Positions 43,737 to 57,305 of a DNA stretch of 64,000 nucleotides are shown piece after piece (the stretch's first letter is position 1; each line of letters begins with the position of its first letter). The notes beneath the pieces were generated by a model, which was not told the origin of the DNA, did no database searches, and saw only the letters and a program-made list of their open reading frames with translations. The position numbers and the translations under genes are program-made. The DNA comes from Chrysomallon squamiferum (Eukaryota > Animalia > Mollusca): contig CM022669.1 of NCBI GenBank assembly GCA_012295275.1, positions 18,414,001 to 18,478,000 on the forward strand. The letters are read 5' to 3'.

Positions 43737-44528
43737 TTAACGTAAATTCAACAAAGAAAAAATTAAGGTACATCTGTCCCAATTTCATTTTCGATTGAGT
43801 CGCGAAAGTATGATCTATTATTTTTCAAGCAAGCACAGAAATATAAAATGTACGTTTTTGTTAGCATTAATTGCATATCTGAAATGAAATTCGTTTGTGT
43901 ATATATATTATTACCATTTTTCTGCACATTTTTCAGTTACTAGATACATTCAATTTCTGGACGGTTAATTGACAAATACGAAAACAAACATAAACTTTTA
44001 TTGTTAATTTACATATTCTAATTCTCTTGTCGTAAAGATTAACGTATTTCTTCTGCGCCACCCACACGGCAGAAACATTTTATAATCTTATCTACGTAAT
44101 AAAATCTTCAACTTCAAAGATACAATAGTTTTTTTGATGTAAGGGGGACGTCAAAGAGGATTTACGAATGACGAAATAAAATAGCGAGTGTTAACACACA
44201 GTCTGCACAGCGGCAGATGGCAGTGCGTGGCGAAGATAGAATCTGTTGTTGTTGTTTTTTTCTTTCTTTTCAAAGCGCATTTTAAGAAACCGCGACGATC
44301 GCTTCGCAGTCGTAGATTGAAAACGCAAACAAGAAAATTATTAAATGTTTACAGAATCAGTTTGAGAATTGCGGTTTTATTAGGCCGGCATGATGGACGA
44401 TCTTTCAAAATGGCGTTTAAATTTTATGGTTCACGTTTTTCAATGGTTGCTTAAACTGGCGCAGTGGTCGCATTTTCAACAATGAAAAGCGTCGTTTTGA
44501 GACGCGGGTGCGCTAAGACCAGACAGTT

Positions 44529-44676
44529 GGTCAGCGGTCGACTTCGCCCCGAGGGCACCAGTGGTTTTGTTGGGGTCAGGTGCCAGGGTGCTCTGGGTCG
44601 GTGGGTCAACGGCTGAGGGTCGGAGGTCCCTGGACAACTGTCGGTGGGGTCAGAGCGTGGGTCGGAGACCTGGGTC
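44529..44676 (+). promoter_or_regulatory. Same-strand cluster of ten GGTC half-sites in a G-rich island
   Basis: GGTC at 44529, 44536, 44574, 44596, 44604, 44618, 44625, 44648, 44660 and 44673. Confidence 0.4.
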
Positions 44677-46489
44677 ATTGATTATGTTTTTATGAATCGC
44701 GTATTGTGGTTGCGGCTTTCATCTCTATTATCGTTGCTGCCATCATCTCGAGGCCCGTCTCGTTTTCAACACGACTCGCAATACATCTGCTTGTCCGAAA
44801 GCTTTTCTTTCCTGATTAGGTGATCGCTGGAAAATAGGAGGAAAATACTAATGAAATAAGAACTTTTAAAGAGCGACGGTTGAGCGAGAAACGTCCACCC
44901 ATATCTCCCCCTCCCTCCCCCCTCCATCCATCTATACCCGATCATGTCTGTTCCTTTCAACCCTTCAGTTTGAAGTCCTACCCAGCAACCCCCCCCCTCC
45001 CCACGCTTCATCTTCACTTCTATTCAGTTTGACATTCGTTCTGCATTATGGTTTCAGCTAAAGACAAAGGATTCTTTCTGAGTCGTCAAGGTGTGTGACA
45101 GGTATACCTTCAAGCAGGTGGCAGATCTCAGAATGACAAAAATACACCTGCATTTCTCAGTGATGTAAACACATACTATATCCATATCTGTTACGTCATT
45201 TAAACGTATACAATACTGTGACCGAGGTTCGTATGTTATACACTCAATAAAAAAATAAAATAAAAACTTGGTGACTTTTAAAATAATCGGGATATCTGTA
45301 ACTACAGAAATATAAGATTACACTGAAAAACTCCGTCGTGTTTTTGAAGCAGTCGTTCGTTGGCCCCTATCGTTTGTACGGTGACTGGGGAAAGATGATA
45401 GTTTTGTCAAAAGCATCCGAAGATACATTATTTTCTTACAGACCTATAATTTAGTATTTCACTGGCAACACGCCCACGTGAATAATTCAAGCAGTTCGTG
45501 TCATTTAAAAGTCTTCATAGCAATTACCAAGTCATAAAATAAGATTACGCTATGAGATAGAATTTTAAATTCTGAAAATATTTAACATCTGAAAAAAAAA
45601 AAACCTCTCTTTAAAGGATCACTGTTACGTATTTCCATGTATATCTGGTGCCCGACAATTTGTTGCTTAAATAAAACAAGAAGAAGAAAAAAAAACTTTT
45701 TTCAAATCTCTGTATCATCAAAGAAAGTTATAAAATGGTATTAACTTATGAATCAGTGTATCACTTTGAAATTAAACTCTGAATATTTTAACATCCTTAG
45801 TCACTGATTAAAAAAAACATATTCAGTTTTTCCAGTTCCAACTCATCCTCCGAAACAGGCGTTTCAACGAGTTCTTATTTCTAATTACAATCATTCTCGT
45901 CTGAAATCTCTGTTTAAAAAATAATAGATTTTTCCCAATCCAACTATGGTCTCACAAATGGTTAACCAAATCTGGAATTCACAAAAAATAATTTTTAAAA
46001 ATGTTTCTTTTTATTTTTCTTACTGATCGCTAATATTGTCGCGACTGCTGGCTTCCTGTTTCATACGATCATAAAACAAGGAAAAAAACAAAACAAAAAC
46101 AAAACAAACAACGTCTGATATTATCGCCCATTAATATTAAAATGAACTAGCGTTTATTGAACATACATTATTTTGTTTAACACAGATTTCCGTGGAGTAG
46201 GTGTTTTATAGTGTGAGTTTATTTAACGAATATTTGAGGACAAAAGCTCTGCACATCTGAACATTACTGACTGTTTGGTGTCAAACCCACGTTTTTGTAA
46301 CGAGGCAGGGAGAAAAGTGAAGTAAAATATAACTTGATACGTTAAAGTGTAAGTGTGGTTGGAAACACATGAATATGTTGCGTTCATTTTTTTAAATTAA
46401 TTTTGCTGATATTTAATGATGTTGATGATGATGAGAATGGTAATAAGATAATGGTGATTATGATGATGATGATATTAATAGATGTGATA

Positions 46490-46840
46490 GTAGTAGTGGT
46501 AGTAAAGTAGTTGAAGTAATTATAGTAGTAACGATACTAATAGTGTGGAAGTAGTAGTAGTAATACGAATAATAGAAGAAACAGTAGTAGTAACAGTAGT
46601 ATTAGTTGTAGTGGTAATAGCAGCAGTAGTAGTAGTAGTAGCATCAGCAGTAGTAGTGGTTGTGGTAGTGGTAGTAGTAGTAGTAGTAGTATAAGTAGCA
46701 GCAGTAGTAGTAGTAGCATCAGAAGTAGTAGTGGTTGTGGTAGTGGTAGTAGTAGTAGTAGTATAAGTAGCAGCAGTAGTAGTAGTAGTGGTGGTGGTGG
46801 GAGTAGTAGTAGTAGTAGTAATAGTTGTAGTAGTAGTAGT
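46490..46840. repeat. Degenerate (TAG)n tract with an internal ~75-bp duplication
   Basis: GCATCAG.AGTAGTAGTGGTTGTGGTAGTGG...TATAAGTAGCAGC occurs twice (~46641 and ~46716). Confidence 0.93.
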
Positions 46841-47647
46841 TTAATGATGAAATTATTATAGAATCATTATTATCGTTCATTTAATTCTTTGCTTGGGTTT
46901 AAACGAATTCATTTTCAGTATGACATGAAAATTATTTGTTTTTACCTAACGTATCGACCACCCACAAACACTCTAATTACAATACACCAAAACATGCACA
47001 CCTTTTCGTACACACACACACACACACACACACACTGTAATGCACACCTTTTCGTACACTCACAGCATACACACACAATCATACACAACACACCCACACA
47101 TATAAAAAAAAAAGTAGAAAAAATAAAAGTAATTAAAAAATCAAGACCAACAAACAAAAAAAAAAAAATAAAAAAAAAAACACATCCACATGGCAGTGAT
47201 CTAAGTATTGTATCAAAAGAAATATACACAGAAAAAGTTAAAAAAAACACGCAACAAAAAAAAAAAAAAAAAAAAGGTAATTTGTATTACTAGCATGTAA
47301 ATGTTGGTTTAAAATATCTTGATAAATAGATCTGCACAGCCCCGGGTGACTTTCTGTCATTCTTCTAGCATCAAATAAAGAATTAATTGTGTGTAATTCA
47401 TCGTATTATTTACTAACGAGGCAACGACGTTATGCATAGATGGGGAAAACAACTCCAGGCTTCCACAAATGCTAAAGGTTGTGGAAACTGTAGATATATG
47501 TGTGTGTAATTTAGTTCTTTTCTTTCCTTAATCAATTAATCATATCCCTGAAAGTCTATACACTATATATATATGTGTGTGTGCGTTTGTATACATACAT
47601 ACATACATACATATATACATACATACACACATATATATGTATTTTGT

Positions 47648-47990
47648 AGTACTGTTAGTAGTAGTAGTAATAGTAGTAGTAGTAGTAGTAATATTATTAG
47701 TAGTAGTAGTAACAGTAGTAGCAGTAGCAATTGTAGTAGTAGTACTAGTAATAGTAGTAGTAACAGTACTAGCAGTAGTAATAGTAGTATTAGTAGTAAT
47801 AGTAGTAGAAGTGGTAGTAGTGGTAGTAGCACTGGTAATGTTAATATAAATAGTTTATTAGTAGTGGTGGCAGTAATAGTAGCAGTGGTTGTAGCGGTGG
47901 TAGTAGTAGCAAAGACAGCAGTAGTAAAAGTAATAGCGGGAGTCATAGTAGTAGTAACTGTTGTAGTAGTCGTAGTAGCAGTAGTAAGAG
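47648..47990. repeat. Degenerate (TAG)n tract
   Basis: Direct reading; explains the poly-S/V/L ORFs. Confidence 0.95.
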
Positions 47991-48588
47991 TAGGAGCATC
48001 AGCACCAGCATGATAACAATGGAAGTAAAAGCATCTCTAGTAACAGCATCTGTGTTATTCATCTTTCTGATATTATTTATAAGACTTTATTCAATATTTA
48101 TTTTAGTCGGAATATTCATTAATTTATACTAATATATCTGGTGCCGCTACAGGATTATAAAATAATCGATAAACTTATATTCTGTCGCTGATTTATATAA
48201 AATATAATATTTTGAAGCCATTGTTCTGCCTAAAGGCCAGTGCGATACGATTTAAAGTGTACAATTACGAGCGGATAGACTGAAAATGCCAAATGATCCG
48301 CTAAAACAACCCAGAAACGTGGCGCACCACTGGATACCAGTCATTATATAGATGGTGCATTTTTCAATGGCGACATGTATTAAATTGTTATCTGCAATTA
48401 TACATGCGCGAGGCACGAGACTTTCGGCGCGAGCCAGGAAAAGCGAGACCACGAACACGAGTTCGCAAGGGCTCGTGGGTAATACTAAACTCGTTTGTTT
48501 CCGCCACGCGCGTTAGTCACGTGATTGGAGACATTTGTTTTGTTGTGGATACAAAAGATTATTTCCTTGGGTTTCATTAATTTAAAAT

Positions 48589-48637
<49 letters not shown>

Positions 48638-49266
48638 TTGGGGTGGTTTTTTGTCTAGTCAATTTTATATTTATTATAATTATTATGGTCATCAAAACAA
48701 AAAAAACTCTCATCTATCTAAACATAATTCTCATCATCATAATCATCATCATCATCATAATCATCATTTTTTTTTCTCTTTACTTCATAACAAAGACTAT
48801 TTTACGATGATACCATTTCAAAATTTTCTCAGATATCGAAGAAGAAAACCAACCCTTTGAGATTATTACCAAACTGTAACTTAATGAGAAAGAAACTGTC
48901 ATATAATTTAAAAAAAAAATCACTTTCACGATGGCTAAATGGAACAGCTCCAACAAAAGGTTATCTCGAGAAAACATCTATCTTGTTGAAGAAAACGCAG
49001 TTTCTCACTTTCCATTCACTGTTAATTGCAAGGAGAGATGAGGCCGGTTGCACTGTAACGCGGTTTGAAATAATGGACCGCGGATCAATTTACACGATTT
49101 TCATTTCGGACAAATTTAACAACGGGTTAAAGACTTTCAGAGTCAGAAAATCGCAAACGGTTAACTCCTTTTTCTTTTATATGTTTATTTATTTATTTTT
49201 TTATTTTTTTAATTTTTGATTTATTATGATTATTATTATTATATTTTTATTATTATATTATTTTTT

Positions 49267-49376
<110 letters not shown>

Positions 49377-51066
49377 TAAATATTTTAACTGATTATATAT
49401 ATATATTTAACTGATTATACATATATATATATATATATTTCTGTTTTTTAATTTTATATGATCATATGTTTTCTTTTGTTATTATTCACATTTATTCTTA
49501 TTTCTATCTCTTTAAAACATTTCTGTTTTCGTATGTTTTCCGGTAGTAGTAGTAGTAGTGGTGGTGATAGTAGTAGTAGTGGCAATAGCAGTGGTAATAA
49601 TAATAATAATCAACATCATCACCATCAACATCATAAATACGATAGCATATCGGTACTTTTTAATATTTTATTAGAATTTATTTTCTTTTTCAATTAACAG
49701 TTTTCTGAGTCGAGTTCATCAAGAAAAAAGCATGTCCTGCTTAGTACGGTGGGAAAATTTCTCAAAATAAAATCATCACGCAACCGCACTGAATAAATTG
49801 ATGTGATAATTACAGGTTGAGAGTAGGTTCATTCGTTAACCCACTGACGTGACATCTGTTAAAATTAACAGTCACAGGCGATGTGGATTGTCAGGAGCGG
49901 GCCTAGGGGAGGTGGGGGGGAGGCCACCAGTACACACGTCCCCTCATTTTGATTTAATTTTAAAAAAATAATAATAATAATTTTAAAATTTTTAGTTTTT
50001 TTTTTAACTGATTTATTTTCTTTATAATTAAAAGCCTTTTTTTTTTTTTTTTACCTTTTTTTTAAAAATGTATTTATTTATTTATTATTTTTGCTATGAT
50101 CTTGACCAATAATGAAAACAACATCCACGACTTTTTCAAACATCCCAGATGATCTCCTGTTCCGCAACTGACGCCGGAGCATCCCTTGCTCGTCCGACCA
50201 ATCCCGATCTCTACCGAAACCAACACGACAGTTGCCGAAGACGTGCTCAAGTCGACGTTTATTACTTATTTACCGTTTCCTCATTTTGTTCATTTAGACT
50301 TCTCACAACACGCAGCGTCACAGAAGAGTGCGAAACATCGCCAGTGTCGTTTTCTTACTGTGAGAACTTTTTCCCTTCAACGTCAGTTTGCACGCAGGCT
50401 AACGTCGGTATTTATTGGTTATCTCCCTTGGGGATTGTCTCCCTCTAATGAAATTAGTAAGATTTCTTTTTTTCTTCTTCTTCTTTCTTCTTCTTTCTTT
50501 AGTTTCCTCTCTCGTTTCTGTTCTCCTGCTTGCTTTCTTTTACCACGCACCGAGTGATTCGATGTTCAATAGCTGTGTAATTCGTTTTCTTTGCGGCTTT
50601 CATTACTAATAGATGATGGGAAAGTGTTAGGAAAAGAACGTGACATTTTGGTTTTGCATGTGGATAAATAACACGACATGCGATTCCCGTGCAAGCAAGT
50701 ATACCAGGATGTTTAATTATTTATCTACGCTTGTGTCATCGTCGTCGTCGTCGTAATTTTAACATCATCATCTTGTTCTTAATTTTTTTATTAATTTTTT
50801 TTTTTTATCATTGTTATAATGAATTTTATTTTCTTAATTTCTGTCATAACTTTAGCATCAGATAAAGAATGAATAATATAGAATTCAGGTTTTAAGTTAG
50901 TAATAAGAGATCCATTTTATCTTCATGAAAATCACCATATTATCATTTTTTTCTTCTTCTTCTTCTTCCAATATTAAACTTTATTATTTATTTATATAAA
51001 AATAATAATAATAAAATTAATTTATGCAACAACAACAACAAACAAAAAACAAATAATAATAATAAT

Positions 51067-51133
<67 letters not shown>

Positions 51134-51527
51134 CGTAGTTACTGCTCTTCTAGAAATAAAATAAAGTAAAACAACAACAACAAAAAAAAAATGTTTAAAT
51201 GGTGTTAAATACTATTGTACGAAAGAACAAAAGTGAAAAAAAAAAAAATCGTGATGACGAACAGAAACTTAGAGCATCGAAATCAACACGCGTCCCCTTG
51301 GGTCAGAGGTGGGGTCGGGACATTCGCTGAATCTATGGGGCAAGGGCCATGAACCCACGCGTGTCCGTTTCGGATCGGTAACTTGGTCTCACACATCAGT
51401 TTTGTTATTATTATTTAAAAAAAAATATATATATATATTAATTACAATAACAGCTTGAATTGTTTTTAACACGCACCAGTTTTTCGGTAATTCTTTTTTT
51501 AAGAAATGTTTTTTATTTTCAAAATTA

Positions 51528-51566
<39 letters not shown>

Positions 51567-51659
51567 AAGGAAAATAGAAACAAAAGAAAAGAAGAACAAA
51601 TGAACATATAATAAAAACAAAGAAAACAAAGATAAAAAAGAAAAGAAAAACAAAAATAA

Positions 51660-51705
<46 letters not shown>

Positions 51706-52167
51706 TAATAATAATAATATTAATAATAAAACAACAACAACAAATTAAAAACAATAATAAATTTAAAACAAATTAAAACAAAAAAAAACAAAGACAAAAT
51801 AATAACACTGTAGTAGTTGTAGTTACATTAGCAAAACAACAAGCTGTGGTCGGAGCTGTCTGTACGTTGGTGGTAACGTTTCCATTCCGGTAATTTATAA
51901 TTGATTTTTTTTTAATTTAGTTTTTTTATGAGTGGCATTAGAAATGGAAATTGTACAGCGGTGAAGCCTTCATAAATGTTTTTTATTGTACGACAATAAA
52001 CAGTGAGTTTAATGAAAGACGTCGACCCTGGGTGGGTGGTCGTCGTAAACACGAAAATAACCTGCCAGTACCCTACTGTTACTTACACAGCGACAAATTA
52101 AAAAATAAATAAATAAAAAAACAACTTTAAAGAGCGTAAAAGTGACAGATATACAAGAAAGAATGAA

Positions 52168-52245
<78 letters not shown>

Positions 52246-53083
52246 GTATGTTCATATACATACATACACCTGTATAAGAACATCCATTTCATACATGCAC
52301 ACATACATGCATTTATACATACAAGCATACATATACACATTCCTACAAATACACATAGATATAATATATACACAGCATATATACAAACATGAATAGAGGA
52401 ATGGATGGGTGTGTAAGGGGGTTTGTACGAATAAAAATAAATGCAGAAGTTGAAGAAAAAAGTAAAATGTATTTTAGAAAAAAGAAGAAGAAAAATGGAA
52501 GAAGAATGAAAATAAGTAAAGGTAGTAATAAATTTTAATCAATGAATGAATAAAACAAAACAAAAAAAACAAAAAAAAATAAAATAAAATAAAATAAAAT
52601 TAAATTAAATTAAACAAAATAGAACAGAATAGAATGATATTTAAATAAAATAAAGTTAAATAAAACAAAAGAGAACAGAAAATAAAATAAAATAAAATAA
52701 AATAAAATAAAACGAATGAATCGACGAATGAATGGATGAATGAAAAAAAAACAAATAAACAAACAAACAAACAAACAAACAAACAAACAAACAAACAAAC
52801 AAATAAATAAATAAATAAACTCTTGTCTTAAACTACCAGTTCAAAGGTAGGTTTACAACCTGGAGCTAACTTGTTTCAATAGAGCCACAGGCGCGTATAT
52901 GAAAAAAAAAAAAAAAAAAAAAAAATGCTGACTTCTTTAGCAAGATGAATGCTGTTGATAACACATGCTCTTCACATACGTGAATGCTCGCCGAGATCCT
53001 TTACATTCTAGGTCAGGTCGCTGTGACCTTAGCAAAGTAGGTACAATAGATAGCTGGCAAGAGAGAGAAAAAATATATTAAAA

Positions 53084-53119
<36 letters not shown>

Positions 53120-53255
53120 GTATAAGAAAGAACATTAGGCACCTAGGCAATCGACTCGCGGGTTAAATGGTATGTATGTCTTCTGATTACATACACGAGG
53201 AACACGGCTGTGAGGTAACTGAAAGATAAATATTATGTCGTAGGTGAGACATGGC

Positions 53256-53360
53256 GGGCAGGGGCGGGGCAGGGGAAGGCAGGGGGAGGCGGGAGCTAAG
53301 GCCGTGGCGGAAGGGAGGGGAGGAAGAAGATGAGTCAGGTAGGGTGGGAGAGCACGTGGG
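53256..53360 (+). promoter_or_regulatory. G-rich element: G4 motif, GC-box, AP-1, E-box
   Basis: Six runs of G3 or more at 53256-53293 including GGGGCGGGG; TGAGTCA 53331; CACGTG 53353. Confidence 0.4.
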
Positions 53361-53759
53361 TGAGAAGGAGAGGTAAAAAAAATGTCACTCGCCTTGTTAA
53401 AAGTTAAACGTGAGAGGACGAAAAAGAAAATTTGAAAAATAAGACGAAGAAGAAGAAACAAAATGTTGCAATGGTTGCAAGAATATTTTCACTTCTGATG
53501 TCTTGTAATCCTTTTTTTTTTTTTTTTTTTAGAACGTTGGATAGATTTCCCGTTCTAACCAGGGCTTCAGATTTGGTTTGCTTGATTCAGACGACACAAG
53601 ATATGCATACACATCTTGTACATACATACACAAATACACATACATACACATGGATATGCACACTCTAACTCAGAAAATGTATACATTATGTTTAACAAAT
53701 ATCCCAATACTCACAACATTTATACATTCATTTTTTCTCTGAGAAAAACATATACATAG

Positions 53760-53791
<32 letters not shown>

Positions 53792-54311
53792 CAGATAATT
53801 TTAAGATCATGACAAAGTATATTCATGTTAGGAAAAGAAAATGTCATTCGATACCTGCTCGCTTATTGCCCATAAAATAGTAATAAAATAAATTATGCAA
53901 CCTTTAAGCATAATGATAATGTTATTAATTTATTAATAGGCAGAAAAGATGTAAAAACAACAACAACAACAGCAAGAATTAAAAATACTACTACTACTAC
54001 TACTACTACAAATAATAAATAAATAAATAAATAAATAAAAAAGAAAAGGTAAGAAAGAAATAAGATAAAATAATTACAACAAAAAATATTCAATGAACAT
54101 AGAACTTAAGAAAAAAAAAATAAACAAATAAAAGAGACCAGAAAAGAAAGGAAAAATAAATTTAAAAAAAAGAGAAAAAGATGACAGGAAAAAAGAACGA
54201 TAGAAAAAAAAAAAAGATACTCAAAAGGAAAAAATATTATGTAACTTGACACTACAGTTATCTATTTATGTAATAGAAGTAAAATCTACGACCTTTTTGT
54301 TGTCGACAAAA

Positions 54312-54346
<35 letters not shown>

Positions 54347-54619
54347 AAACCATCAGCAAGTCGAGTGTTACAGACACATAAATTAACGGATACAAAATAA
54401 AGGACGTTCATGACACGGCGTTATAATAATTTTAACTAAGTTACACGTGTGTGTTAATCACAAAGAACAAGGTCACTTGGAGGACAAATAAAAAAATAAA
54501 TAAATAAATAAAATAAAATAATAACAACAACAATAATAATAATATCAGAATAATAATAAAAAGAAAACAATTTTCCATCAGTATAGGAGATACAGAAATA
54601 GATGAAATTTTGGTAGACG

Positions 54620-54652
54620 GATAGATAGATAGATAGATAGATAGATAAATAT

Positions 54653-54725
<73 letters not shown>
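54620..54725. repeat. (GATA)n-(GA)n microsatellite
   Basis: Direct reading. Confidence 0.97.
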
Positions 54726-54727
<2 letters not shown>

Positions 54728-55450
54728 TACACACATGCAAACCAACAAAAGATAAACTCTTTCACTACGATTTTATTTTACTTTCATTTAAAAGCTCCAC
54801 CCCTATCTACCCTTCCTCAGCCCCACCCGTATCTACCCTTTCTCTTCTCTTCTACACTGCTCCCAAATATTATATCCGACGAAAAAACTAGCAGTATTAT
54901 TAATACAAGAAAACACAGACACAGATACAAAGCTTCTCTAAGTGTGATCTCACTTTGTCTACATTCAGACGTGAATTCACCTCACGTATACAGCAATCTA
55001 TGACACTGTATAACTTCATGTCGACCTTTATTCAACATTCAATGCATCCTGCACACACCTTGTTGACAATAGTTTTTACCTACGTAGAGTAGTATACAAT
55101 ATACAGCTGTGTAGGTTCAATAAAATATGAAATTGGCAACTGTCCGAGAAATAGAAAAATGTGTAAGAAAATAAAAAGAGAGAGAGAGAGAGAGAAAAAA
55201 AAAGATCGTCTAGGGCGGGCTGGGTTTAATAAAGAAGGAAAAGAATTAAGTATAATAGAGGTTATTAAAAGCAGGTTGTGCTGTGTCAGAAATCAGCGGC
55301 TTGTTGTGTGACATTTGACCTACATGCAGGAAGGTTTTGCATATCGGTACGAGGAGTTCACACCATGCGGAACATACAAGATGGAAGCGAGCTGGTGAAA
55401 AGATGGTTATACTGTTGTTGGATATGCAGTTTTTTTTGAGAGAGAGATTC

Positions 55451-55451
<1 letters not shown>

Positions 55452-55532
<81 letters not shown>

Positions 55533-55554
55533 AGTGAGGAAGAGAGTTAGAGAC

Positions 55555-55653
<99 letters not shown>

Positions 55654-55662
55654 AGAGAGAGA
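55452..55662. repeat. Interrupted (GA)n microsatellite
   Basis: Direct reading. Confidence 0.98.
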
Positions 55663-56866
55663 GTAGTGTATGCATTTGTAGTGTTAAATTTTAAATTCGA
55701 AAACTAACATCATTATAAAACAAGATAACGCATTTTAATTTAAGTCTTTACGTTAGGTCTTTTTTAATTTTACATTTGAAAGTGTAAAACAAAATTATGT
55801 TCTTTTCAAAAAGAAAACCGCTCTCCCCCCCGTTGCATTTTTCTTGTGCATCTGGCTCAGGAATTACAACAACGTATGTCTACAGATAACGATACACAGA
55901 TGTCGTTGCACACAGAAAGCACGAAGTCGAGATTAAGCTTCATTAAACAGCGGACTTAGCGTGAAGGTTTCGCCGAATATGAAACATATTCGTCCCCAGC
56001 CGCACAGACCCAAACCGTGTCATCAAATCCTGCTTTACAACGATCTTCTGTCGTCATCCAATTTCTTGGGATTTCAAAGGTTAAAAATCCGTAAGAACCA
56101 ACCAACGAAGAGATGTGACATTTTCACCCGACACAAACCCGCGGGAAACCAACAGGGCAGCGGAGAAGTCTTATCATCTTTTGCCTCTCTTGATCCTAAT
56201 CTGGAAAATTCGGCAATTTGTATGCAATAAGAAGCCGTTCTTTGGTGGAAACCGTGGCGTGTACGCAATTGACAAACGGAATAGATTCCAAGTCGGGATC
56301 AGCGAGTGTCAATTGGGAGTCGATGTGTGTTTTTTCACGTGTCGAAGTGGAGGTCAGTTTCTGCATATTGCACTCGCACGTGACGCTGATTCACTCTGAC
56401 AGACTGGTATGAATAAAATAAAATAAAATAAAATAAAATAAAATAAGATAAAATAAAAAAATTTGAATCGAAAGATTTTGAAGTGCAGCAGGAATTAAGA
56501 CTTACTTGCATGCTCAGTTTTTTTTTACGTTTTTTTTTTTTGAATACTGGAATGCGGATTCGCGCGTTCCGTTGCGGATGTGTGTGTTTTAAGGAAAGGT
56601 ATGCTGAAATAAAGGTTGAATATTATGAAATGTGTTAGCTGTTTGGTGTTGGGTTAAGTTTTAGTTGTTATCACTAACAGTCTGGTATTTTTTTCGTTCT
56701 GATGTCGTGTCAAAGTAAATTGCGTGTAACTGCTGATCGTATAATCACCGTTACACAGATAGTGTCTAAAATATACGATAACCTGCTTAAAAGAAGGAGA
56801 AGAAAAAGAAGAAGAAGAAGAAGAAGAAAAAAGAGAAGGTTTTCGTGAACGTAAACACCTATGTCT

Positions 56867-56897
<31 letters not shown>

Positions 56898-57274
56898 ATA
56901 TCTTTGACGTTTTATTTATTTGTTTTTTAATATTTTTTAAATTTATTTTTTAAATTTATTTATTTACTTATTTTAAAATTTTATTCATGGTTTGCCAAGT
57001 CAGTACACTTGTTATACTCGTTTTTAAACGCAGTCATCTAAATTATACAATGTAAATAAATTTACAAGTCATAAGAACAACAACATCATCATCAACAACA
57101 ACAACAACAATAATAATAAGAAAAACACAAACAACAGATCACATGATAAAGAAATAAATATATATTAATTTAATATACATTTTGCTTTAAATGCATAATG
57201 AATAAAATCCTCATAATTTTATATCAATTTCAAAGATATTTCTTAAACATTTCGCTTATTTTTTCTTCTTCTTC

Positions 57275-57305
<31 letters not shown>

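Noticed and set aside
56366-56390. miR-92-like start TATTGCACTCG
   Set aside because: The 3' half diverges and no complementary arm is evident
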